Of a stretch of DNA of 64,000 nt, positions 51,344 to 59,981 are shown in pieces; positions within the stretch are counted from its first letter, which is position 1; each line of letters starts with the position of its first letter. The stretch lies in contig CACZST010000034.1 of the NCBI GenBank assembly GCA_902783895.1, positions 23,748 through 87,747 of the forward strand, read 5' to 3'. Source of the stretch: an uncultured Erysipelotrichaceae bacterium. GTDB lineage: Bacteria; Bacillota_I; Bacilli_A; RF39; UBA660. A program made the translations under genes and the position numbers. The notes beneath the pieces were generated by a model. That model did not search any database, was not told where the DNA came from, and was given only the letters and a program-made list of their open reading frames with translations.

Positions 51344-53110
51344 TTAAACTTGTTTTGGTTTTTCTTCAATATTTTTGTTTGTATTTATAACGGCTAGAAC
51401 AAACCTATAGTCATCTTTTATTATTTTGTATTTACTATTTACTTGAATTTCTTGTTCTTTATTTAATAGTTTTTGCATAAACTGATAAGGAACACTGCTT
51501 AGTTTTGGTAAATTAATACTTTCTAAAACAACATTACAGTATAGGAAACCACTTCCAAAATCTGATAAATTTGGGAAATCAATGTTTCTTATTTCTCTAT
51601 TTTGGAATAGGAAATCTGATCCGACTTTCGTTAAATTTGGAAGATAAACTTCTCTTATTTTTTGATTAGATTTTATAAAGTTATATCCTGCATCTTGTAG
51701 ACATGGGGCATATAGCTGAGTTAATTCTTCATTTTGGCCTAAAAAGTTTCCTTTTATTTCAGTTAATTTTGGAATATTAATATTTCTTAGTTTTTTATCT
51801 GATTGAAGGAAACTTTCACCAGCATAAATTAAATTTGGGAATTTTGCTTCTTCAATTTCATTATTAAAGCCTAAAAACATATCACCAGATACTTGTAAAT
51901 TTGGAAGATTTATATTATTTAATATTTTATTATAGTATATAAAATAATTGCCTACTTTTTGTAAATTAGGGAAATCTATTTCAGTTAATTCTCTATTTTC
52001 TTTTAAGAAGTTATGGCCAATTTCAGTTACATTTTGCATGCTTATATGTTTTACACATTTAGCATTTTCTAGGTAATTATTTGGAACTATTTTAATATTT
52101 TCATCTGTTAACCCAATTATTCTATTTTGTTTATTTAAAATCACTTCAACGATTCTATCTTTTAATTCTATGATTATTTTTTTATTATCATTTTCCTTTT
52201 TTATATCTATTTTTTGAATATCATTTAGTGTATCAACGAATCCGTCATAAGATAAGGGATCATAATTGGTTATTTTTTTATTTTGCAAATCCAAAATATA
52301 ATTTTCAAATATTAAGTAATTTTCTTTGCTGTATTTTTTAACATTTCCATTATCAACTATGACATTGTTTTGGCAGTAATATATACCATCGATAGTAAAA
52401 TTATATCTATAAAATTTTCCGTCTTTGGCTTTTATGTAATTTGGAATTGCAAATTCTTCGTCTTTATTTGTCTGCTTTAAACCATATTTTTTCCCAAAGG
52501 CATCTGTCAGTCCTGGGATGATGTTATCTAGATTATTGGCAAAAGTCGCATCTGGATTATCTACTGTATGATTATATCTATTTTTTATTGACAAAGTATT
52601 ATAATTATCTTTGGTAAATTGGATACTTATAACCGATGTGCCATACTCATCTTGTCTTTGGGGTTTTTCAAAATTCTCTCTTTTTATTTCGTCTACATTT
52701 TTCTTAACTGCAAAGAAGACATAACATCTATTTAGACGTCCCCCTTGAAATGTACATATTGCTTCATCTAAAGCATAATATTTTTTAAAAGACTGGATTT
52801 CTTCTTCAGTTTTACATTCATATAAATCATAGCCAGCTTGATTTAATAATTCCTCTGGGTCTTTATCTGCTTTTATATTTTCATCATTTAAGCTTGCTTT
52901 ATTGTAGATAAAACTTTTAAAAGAATATTTTAAACAATTATTAATAATATCATCATATAAGTTTCTATTTTCATCAAAATTTTCTTCAAATATTTGGGTA
53001 AGTAAACCTTTTTCTTCTAGGATTGTTGGGAAAAGTTCTCGGCAGAGATGCATCATTTTTTCCCCATATTTCTTTTTAATTTTTTTTAAATCTTCATTCA
53101 TTGTTTTCAC
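51344..53110 (-). CDS. cytoplasmic NTD-LRR family protein, copy 2
   Basis: 588 aa; same N-domain, about 10 LRRs; ATG abuts the stop of the small partner ORF. Confidence 0.7.
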   Translation of the reverse strand: MKTMNEDLKKIKKKYGEKMMHLCRELFPTILEEKGLLTQIFEENFDENRNLYDDIINNCLKYSFKSFIYNKASLNDENIKADKDPEELLNQAGYDLYECKTEEEIQSFKKYYALDEAICTFQGGRLNRCYVFFAVKKNVDEIKRENFEKPQRQDEYGTSVISIQFTKDNYNTLSIKNRYNHTVDNPDATFANNLDNIIPGLTDAFGKKYGLKQTNKDEEFAIPNYIKAKDGKFYRYNFTIDGIYYCQNNVIVDNGNVKKYSKENYLIFENYILDLQNKKITNYDPLSYDGFVDTLNDIQKIDIKKENDNKKIIIELKDRIVEVILNKQNRIIGLTDENIKIVPNNYLENAKCVKHISMQNVTEIGHNFLKENRELTEIDFPNLQKVGNYFIYYNKILNNINLPNLQVSGDMFLGFNNEIEEAKFPNLIYAGESFLQSDKKLRNINIPKLTEIKGNFLGQNEELTQLYAPCLQDAGYNFIKSNQKIREVYLPNLTKVGSDFLFQNREIRNIDFPNLSDFGSGFLYCNVVLESINLPKLSSVPYQFMQKLLNKEQEIQVNSKYKIIKDDYRFVLAVINTNKNIEEKPKQV

Positions 53111-53389
53111 CTATCCATAATATCTTTTTAATTTCATTTTTTTAGTTTTGGTTATTACTTCTATCACATCAGCATCATTTTCCTTGACATTTTTACCATA
53201 TTTACCAGATAATGGGCCAAATGATAATGGTATATGTTCATCGAGTAAATATTCATCCATGATTATGGAATCTTCTGATTTAGGATCTTCAACATCATAA
53301 AATTGCATGTTTACGCTATAATCATTATTATTTTCATCTTCTAAAATATAGTTATAATCTTCAATGTTTTTAATTGTTAATTTTTTCAT
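53111..53389 (-). CDS. small partner protein of the NTD-LRR array (copy B)
   Basis: AAGGAGA SD then ATG at 53389; MKKLTIKNIEDYNYILEDENNNDYSVNMQFYDVEDP...LSFGPLSGKYG...KRYYG; paralogous to 58598..58876. Confidence 0.65.
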   Translation of the reverse strand: MKKLTIKNIEDYNYILEDENNNDYSVNMQFYDVEDPKSEDSIIMDEYLLDEHIPLSFGPLSGKYGKNVKENDADVIEVITKTKKMKLKRYYG

Positions 53390-53390
53390 T

Positions 53391-55043
53391 TTATCTCCTT
53401 TTTCTTTTGTTTTTATTTTTATCTTCAAATTTTAATATTAATAATTTTGCTTTAGTATCTTTTTCTATTTTATAATTTGTATTTCTTTTATATTTATCTC
53501 TTAGAAAACCGAATGGGAATACTGTATTTTTCCCCGGCTTTAGTTTTAATGTAAGACTTTCGATAGTTTGATTATGATCGAGAAAGTCATTACCAATAAT
53601 TTCAAGATTTGGGAAATATAGATTTTTAATGTTTTGATTGTTTTTTAAAAAATTACTACCAACTTGAGTTAAATTTGGGATATTTATGCTTTCTAAATTT
53701 TGATTATATCCTAGAAAATAATCTCCTATTATTCTGACATTTGGCAGGCTTATTTCTTTTAATTGGTTTTTGCAACCTAGAAAATAGTCTCCAATTATTT
53801 CAACATTTGGCATATTTATTTTTTCAATATTTTCATTTTGCATATTGAAGTTATTACCTATTTTTTTTACATTTGGTAAATTAATCTCTTTTAAGCTAGA
53901 GGCTAGTGTTAGAAAGCTATTTCCTATTGTTTGTACATTTGGTAAATTTAAAAACCTTATTTTTCTGGCAAAAGGTAAAAAACTATCACCAATTTCTTTT
54001 ATATTTTCATTACTATAACCTACTATTTGGTTTAAATTGTCTAAATATAAATATGACTCTTCATTATCTTTAGTTTTAAACTTAATTATTTTAATATCAT
54101 TTTCTTTGATTATATCAATATTTTTTATATTAAATAAAATGTTTTTAAAGCTATCTCGTCTTCTTTCATTATACTGATAGATTATTTTCTTTTTTAAATC
54201 AAGTATTAGGTCATCGAAAACTATGAAAGAATCTTTATCAAATTTGTGAATTCCAGTTTTTCTACTATAAGTACTTCCTTTATCAATTATTATATTATTT
54301 GGGCAGTAATAAATACTTAGGTGTTTGAAATTGTATTTATAGTATCTTCCATCATTTGCTTTGACATATTTTGGTAGGTTAAAAGGTTCATCTGAATCAT
54401 TCTCATAAATACAGTATGTTTGTTTAAAAGCGTTTGTTAGCCCTGGAATTATGTTTTCTAAATCGTTACCAAAGGTTGCATCTGGATTTTCGACGGTATG
54501 GTTATATCTGTTTTTTATTGATAGTGTATTTGACATATCTTTGGTAAATTGAATACTTATTACAGATGTACCATATTCATCTTGTCTTTGGGGATTAGTG
54601 AAATTCTCTCTTTTTATTTGATTTACGTTTTTTTTAACGGCAAAGAAGACATGACAATTATTTAATCTTCCTCCATCAAAGGTACATAATTCTTCGTCTT
54701 CTTTAAAGTATTTTTTAAATTTTTGGATTTCCTCTTCCGTTTTACATTCATAAAAATCATAGCCTGCTTCTTCTAATAATTCTTTTGGGGTTTTATCTGT
54801 ATCTATTTTTATATTATCTTTGATATCTGTTTTACTGAAAATGAAGTTTTTAAATGAAGTTTTTATCCCATTTTCTATGATATCATTATATAAAAATTTA
54901 TTTTCTGCAAAATTTTCCATTAGTATTTTAGGAAGTAATCCTTTTTCTTCCAATATTGTTGGGAAAAGTTCACGGCATAAATGCATCATTTTTTCGCCAT
55001 ATTTCTTTTTTATTATTTTTAAATCTTCATTCAATTTTATCAC
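53391..55043 (-). CDS. cytoplasmic NTD-LRR family protein, copy 3
   Basis: 550 aa; start overlaps the stop of copy 4 (ATGA). Confidence 0.7.
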   Translation of the reverse strand: MIKLNEDLKIIKKKYGEKMMHLCRELFPTILEEKGLLPKILMENFAENKFLYNDIIENGIKTSFKNFIFSKTDIKDNIKIDTDKTPKELLEEAGYDFYECKTEEEIQKFKKYFKEDEELCTFDGGRLNNCHVFFAVKKNVNQIKRENFTNPQRQDEYGTSVISIQFTKDMSNTLSIKNRYNHTVENPDATFGNDLENIIPGLTNAFKQTYCIYENDSDEPFNLPKYVKANDGRYYKYNFKHLSIYYCPNNIIIDKGSTYSRKTGIHKFDKDSFIVFDDLILDLKKKIIYQYNERRRDSFKNILFNIKNIDIIKENDIKIIKFKTKDNEESYLYLDNLNQIVGYSNENIKEIGDSFLPFARKIRFLNLPNVQTIGNSFLTLASSLKEINLPNVKKIGNNFNMQNENIEKINMPNVEIIGDYFLGCKNQLKEISLPNVRIIGDYFLGYNQNLESINIPNLTQVGSNFLKNNQNIKNLYFPNLEIIGNDFLDHNQTIESLTLKLKPGKNTVFPFGFLRDKYKRNTNYKIEKDTKAKLLILKFEDKNKNKRKRR

Positions 55044-56872
55044 CCCACTTTTTTGGGAATATTGGTTTCATTTGTATTTTGATTATTATCAATAAGAATT
55101 AATTCAAAATTACTATCTCCCCTTTGTAATTTATATTTCGGACTTATTTTTATTGATTCATATTTTTTATACAGATTATATAAAAATAAATATGGAACTT
55201 CTTTTAGATTTGGTAAGTATACTTCATTTATTTTTTCATTACTATAAAAGCTACCGCTGCCCGCAATTTCTAGATTTGGTAGTGATAAATTTGTAAGTTC
55301 ATTATTTGACTGCATAAAATAAGAACCAACTCTTTTTATATTAGGCATATTTATTTTTTCCATTATTTCATTATAACGTAAACTATTATGACCAATTGAA
55401 ATTATGTTTGGAAGGCTTAATTCTTTTAAGCCTTGGTTATACATAAGAAATCCGCTACCTGCAGTTTCTAGATTTGGAGCGATAAATGTATCAATGATTC
55501 GGTTACTATTTAAAAAATAATTACCAACTTCTTTTAAATTTGGTAAATTTAAATACTGCAATTTTTTATTAAATTGCATAAATGAATTTCCAACAGTTTC
55601 TAGATTAGGTAAATTTACTTCATTAACTGATTCATTAAAATATAAAAAGTTATCTCCAACTGTTTTTAAATTAGGAAAATCAATTTCTTTTAAATAAAAA
55701 TTTCGAGTAAGAAATCTATTCCTAATGTTTTCAAGATTAGGAAGCTCAAGTTTCTTTATATATTTATTTTCGGTTAAAAAATTATCATTTGCTTCTTTGA
55801 TATTTTCATCTTTTAAGTATATCATTCTACCGAGTTTATCTAAGGTTATTTCTATAACTTCATTATTTTCTTTGGTTATAGTTATTGTTTTAGTTTCTTT
55901 ATCTTTGGTTATATCAATATTTTTAATATTTTGCACTCTTTCTAAAAAAGATTCTTTTATGTTTTTATCATATGTTTTAATTGTTTTTGATTTTAAATCT
56001 ATAATAAAATTATCGAATAGTAAATAAGATTCTTTATCAAATTTCTTTACTTGATCATTATCAATTATTATATTATCTTGGCAGTAAAATATATCATCAA
56101 TAACAAGGTTATATCTATATAATTTTCCATCATTTGCTTTTACATAGTTTTCTAAATTTAGACAATCCGATTTTGTAGTTGGATGGGTAGCATTATAGCC
56201 AAAATCATACACTATATCTTTTTCTTCCTCTTTTAAAGATGATTGAATTAATCCATATGTTTTTTCAAAGGCATGTGTTAAACCTGGAATAATATTATCA
56301 AGATTATTACTGAATGTTGCATCTGGATTGTCGGCTTTGTGATTATATCTATTTTTTATTGATAGGCTATGATAAACATCTTTGGTAAATTGAATACTTA
56401 TAACGGATGTACCGTATTCATCTTGTCTTTGGGGAATACTAAAATTTTCCCTCTTTATTTCATTTACATTTTTTTTAACGGCCCAAAAGACATAACATCT
56501 ATCTAATCTTTTTTCTTCAAAGGTACATAATTCTTCACCCTCAGCATAATATTTTTTAAAAGATTGGATTTCTTCTTCAGTTTTACATTCATAAAAATTG
56601 TATCCTGCTTCTTCTAATAATTCTTTTGGAGTTTTATTTGTTTCAATTGTTTTATTTTGAATGTTTGCTTTACTATAAATAAAATTTCTAAATGAATATA
56701 TCATATTTTGGTCAATGATATCAAAATATAGTTGATGACTTATTGCGAAATTTTCTTTCAGTATTTTTGGTAATAGTCCTTTTTTTTCAATTATTGTGGG
56801 GAAATTTTTTCGGCATAAATGCATCATTTTTTCGCCGAATTTTTTCTTTATCCATTTTAAATCCTCGTTCAT
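55040..56872 (-). CDS. cytoplasmic NTD-LRR family protein, copy 4
   Basis: 610 aa, about 11 LRRs. Confidence 0.7.
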   Translation of the reverse strand: MNEDLKWIKKKFGEKMMHLCRKNFPTIIEKKGLLPKILKENFAISHQLYFDIIDQNMIYSFRNFIYSKANIQNKTIETNKTPKELLEEAGYNFYECKTEEEIQSFKKYYAEGEELCTFEEKRLDRCYVFWAVKKNVNEIKRENFSIPQRQDEYGTSVISIQFTKDVYHSLSIKNRYNHKADNPDATFSNNLDNIIPGLTHAFEKTYGLIQSSLKEEEKDIVYDFGYNATHPTTKSDCLNLENYVKANDGKLYRYNLVIDDIFYCQDNIIIDNDQVKKFDKESYLLFDNFIIDLKSKTIKTYDKNIKESFLERVQNIKNIDITKDKETKTITITKENNEVIEITLDKLGRMIYLKDENIKEANDNFLTENKYIKKLELPNLENIRNRFLTRNFYLKEIDFPNLKTVGDNFLYFNESVNEVNLPNLETVGNSFMQFNKKLQYLNLPNLKEVGNYFLNSNRIIDTFIAPNLETAGSGFLMYNQGLKELSLPNIISIGHNSLRYNEIMEKINMPNIKRVGSYFMQSNNELTNLSLPNLEIAGSGSFYSNEKINEVYLPNLKEVPYLFLYNLYKKYESIKISPKYKLQRGDSNFELILIDNNQNTNETNIPKKVG

Positions 56873-56884
56873 TTTTACCTCCGA

Positions 56885-58588
56885 TTATATTTTCTTTTCA
56901 TATTCGTTATTTTCTTTCTTGTTTTTAATTTCTTTATCAATAACCATTAATTCAAAATTGTAGTTTCTTCTTTCTAGTTTATATTCATGACTTATATTTA
57001 TTGTCCTTTTTGTTTCTGATAATTCTTGCAAGAATCCAAAACCAATTTTTCTTATTTTAGGTAAATAAATTTTGTTTATTTTTTTATTTTGGCTTAAACT
57101 TTCTGTACCTATTACTTGAACATTTGGCAAGATAAGTTCTTTTAAATTTTCATTTGCATAAAGAAAATATGCGCCAACTTCTTTTAGATTTGGTAAATTA
57201 ATACTACTTAATTGTTTATTACTTTCAAGAAAATATGAACCTATTATTTGAATGTTTGGCATGTAAATTTCTTTAATATTTTTATTTTGTAGTAAACAAA
57301 AATTATCTATCTTTTTAGCACTTGGTAAATTTAATGATTTTAACTTTACATTTGTGATTAGAAATTCTTCACCAATTGTTTGAACATTTGGTAAATTTAT
57401 TTTTACCAAATCAAAATTATTATTTAAAAAATTATTACCTATTCTTATGACATTTGGCAGATTTATTTCTTTTAAATGTTCATTTTCAATCAAAAAATTA
57501 TCATCAAGCTCTTTAATGTTATCATTTTTATATCCAATAAAACGATTTTGTTTATCAATTGTGATTGTTGATTTAGTCTTATCTTTTAAGGTTATAACGA
57601 TATCTTTTGTTTCTTTATTTTTAATAATATCAATATTTTTGATATCTTTATATAATTCGGAAAAAACTCTTTCTAAAAAAGGATCATATGATTTTAATAT
57701 TTTATTTTTTAAATCTAGTATGAAATTATCAAATACTATATATGATTCTTTTGAAAATTCAACGACTTCACCACATTCGATTATAACGTTATTTGGACAA
57801 TAATATATATTATTGTGACACATATTATATTTGTATAATTTTCCATTTCCAGCTCTTACATAATTATCTAAATTAAAACGATTATTTTTATTTTCTTGAA
57901 TCATATTTAAAAAAATAAATCCGTGTTTACTTTTTTCTTTTTTAGATATATCATTATTTTGAATTAAATTATATGTTTTTTCAAAGGCATATGTTAAACC
58001 TGGAATAATATTGTCTAAATTGTTTCCAAAAGTGGCATCAGGATTATCAACCATATGATTATATCTATTTTTAATTGATAATGTTTGGTGACTATCTTTT
58101 GTAAATTGAATACTTATTACAGATGTACCATACTCATCTTGTCTTTGGGGGTTATGAAAGTTTTCCCTTTTTATTTCATCTACATTTTTCTTAACCGCCC
58201 AGAAGACATAGCATTTTTTTAATCTGTTTTCTTCGAAAGTACATAACTCTTCGCTTTCTTTATAATATTTTTTAAAGGCATTGATTTCTTCTTCGGTTTT
58301 GCATTCATAAAAATCATAACCAGCTTCTTCTAGTAATTCTTTCGGAGTTTTTTCTGTTTGCGTGATTGTAAAATTTATTTGGGCTTTACTATATATGAAA
58401 GCTTTAAAGGATTGGACCATTTGGGCATTTATTATATCATCACATAACTGGTGACTTTCAGCAAAATTTTCTTCTAATAATTTTGGAAGCAATCCTTTTG
58501 TTTCTAAAATTGTTGGGAAGATTTTTTTACATAAATGGCTCATTTTTTCGCCATATTTTCTTTTTATTTCTTTTAAATCTTCGTTCAT
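56885..58588 (-). CDS. cytoplasmic NTD-LRR family protein, copy 5
   Basis: 567 aa, about 9 LRRs. Confidence 0.7.
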   Translation of the reverse strand: MNEDLKEIKRKYGEKMSHLCKKIFPTILETKGLLPKLLEENFAESHQLCDDIINAQMVQSFKAFIYSKAQINFTITQTEKTPKELLEEAGYDFYECKTEEEINAFKKYYKESEELCTFEENRLKKCYVFWAVKKNVDEIKRENFHNPQRQDEYGTSVISIQFTKDSHQTLSIKNRYNHMVDNPDATFGNNLDNIIPGLTYAFEKTYNLIQNNDISKKEKSKHGFIFLNMIQENKNNRFNLDNYVRAGNGKLYKYNMCHNNIYYCPNNVIIECGEVVEFSKESYIVFDNFILDLKNKILKSYDPFLERVFSELYKDIKNIDIIKNKETKDIVITLKDKTKSTITIDKQNRFIGYKNDNIKELDDNFLIENEHLKEINLPNVIRIGNNFLNNNFDLVKINLPNVQTIGEEFLITNVKLKSLNLPSAKKIDNFCLLQNKNIKEIYMPNIQIIGSYFLESNKQLSSINLPNLKEVGAYFLYANENLKELILPNVQVIGTESLSQNKKINKIYLPKIRKIGFGFLQELSETKRTINISHEYKLERRNYNFELMVIDKEIKNKKENNEYEKKI

Positions 58589-58597
58589 TGCTTTCTC

Positions 58598-58876
58598 CTA
58601 TCCGTAATATCTTTTTAGTATTATTTCTTTATCTTCAGTTATTACTTTTATAACATCTTTGTCTCCTTCAGTAACTTCTCTTCCATATTTACCTGATAAT
58701 GGGCCGAATGAAAGGGGAACATTTTCTTCTAATAAATATTCATTCATTAATAAGTAATTGTTTTCTTTTGGGGTTTCTACTGAATAAAATTCTAAATTTA
58801 AGTTATATAGATTTTTGTTTTCATCTTCTAAAATATAATTATATCCATCTTTTTTTATTATTTTTAATGTTTTCAT
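58598..58876 (-). CDS. small partner protein of the NTD-LRR array (copy A)
   Basis: AAGGTGA SD then ATG at 58876; MKTLKIIKKDGYNYILEDENKNLYNLNLEFYSVETP...LSFGPLSGKYG...KRYYG. Confidence 0.65.
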   Translation of the reverse strand: MKTLKIIKKDGYNYILEDENKNLYNLNLEFYSVETPKENNYLLMNEYLLEENVPLSFGPLSGKYGREVTEGDKDVIKVITEDKEIILKRYYG

Positions 58877-59157
58877 TTTTTCACCTTTTCTAATATAAAA
58901 TATTTGCATCCATAAGCACAGCTATCTTTTATATATGTGTGGACTTTTTTAAAATCATTTATTTTATTAAATAAGTAGTTTTTAGGTTTACAAAAACCTT
59001 TTAGTCTTAATTTTCCATATGACCAATCACCTAATATATAATCGTAATCTTTAAAATAATCGGTTATAATTTTTTCAATTTCTTCTTCTTGAAAAGCATC
59101 TTTATAATTTTCTAATAATTTATAGTGATTTTCAATTAACTCTATATTATTTTCCAT
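58873..59157 (-). CDS. yutD: YutD-family protein (DUF1027)
   Basis: Start MENNIELIE after GGGTGA; ILGDWSYGKLRLKGF...CAYGCKYFILEKV matches the YutD pattern; overlaps the start of small partner A by 4 nt. Confidence 0.7.
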   Translation of the reverse strand: MENNIELIENHYKLLENYKDAFQEEEIEKIITDYFKDYDYILGDWSYGKLRLKGFCKPKNYLFNKINDFKKVHTYIKDSCAYGCKYFILEKVKK

Positions 59158-59182
59158 AGCATCACCCGCTTTAATTATAACA

Positions 59183-59944
59183 TTATTCGGATGGAACAGC
59201 AATATTAGGGGTTACTTCAGATTTACCATTTACATAGTAATTTGGCACTGTACCAGTAACTATTTTGATACCTACTGGTATTTCTTTGGATATTTTGATG
59301 TCTTCACTTAAAAAAGGAAGGATCATTTTCTCATTTACTTTTATTTCTACATACACTTGAATTACAGCATTGTTTATTCCATAGTTTTTAATATTTGTTT
59401 TTATATTACTACTTACATTCCCAATCAGAATTATTTTAATCGGTATTTTAGGTCCAACTGATGATAAAACATTATTGTTAAAGGCAGCACCCATACTAAA
59501 ACGATATATTATTCCCTTTTCTAAATCATTTTTATTATAGTCATTAAATATATATTTTTTATACTTTAAATTATCAATATTTCCTGATTGGATATTCTTT
59601 ATTTCTTGCTGGATATCAGTTGTCGTTTGGGTTAATAATTTATTTATTATATTTGAATTATAATCAATTGATTTTATTTCACCGTTACTATCGTTAGTTA
59701 CTTTAAATAACTCTTTTTCGGTTATTTTATTTGATATATTTTCTTTAACAGCTTCATTTATGATTATATTTGATATTTTTTTTGCTTCTGATTTTGAGTA
59801 TGAAAATACAATGGGACCAATTTGATTACTTAAATGTTTAATCATTAATACTACACTTAAAGCAATTATTAATAATGTGATTATTATAATTTGAAATTTA
59901 TTTAACTTAATTTTTATTTTTTTCTTTAATTTAGCTTTTTTCAT
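59183..59944 (-). CDS. yunB: sporulation protein YunB
   Basis: 253 aa; N-terminal TM; ISNIIINEAVKENISN region resembles the YunB family signature (from memory). Confidence 0.6.
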   Translation of the reverse strand: MKKAKLKKKIKIKLNKFQIIIITLLIIALSVVLMIKHLSNQIGPIVFSYSKSEAKKISNIIINEAVKENISNKITEKELFKVTNDSNGEIKSIDYNSNIINKLLTQTTTDIQQEIKNIQSGNIDNLKYKKYIFNDYNKNDLEKGIIYRFSMGAAFNNNVLSSVGPKIPIKIILIGNVSSNIKTNIKNYGINNAVIQVYVEIKVNEKMILPFLSEDIKISKEIPVGIKIVTGTVPNYYVNGKSEVTPNIAVPSE

Positions 59945-59981
59945 ATTTAAATATATTAAAAAAAGAATTATTAAATTCTTT

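Larger units (their letters stand above)
49821..58588. repeat. tandem paralog array: five directly repeated gene units sharing roughly 650 bp of highly similar 5' sequence each, plus intragenic 69-bp LRR-coding repeats
   Basis: Near-identical DNA blocks recur in copies 1 to 3: gaaaagttctcggcagagatgcatcatttttt(c)cccatat at 51268, 53026 and 54965 (third with mismatches); gcgtctggattatctactgtatgattatatctatttt at about 50760 and 52545. The N-terminal 220 aa are 70-85% identical between copies. Confidence 0.8.

Noticed and set aside
49821-58588. LRR proteins as ordinary internalin/BspA-type exported surface proteins
   Set aside because: There is no signal peptide, LPXTG or other anchor. For two copies an upstream stop or overlap rules out a hidden N-terminal extension. 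The N-termini are conserved and hydrophilic.
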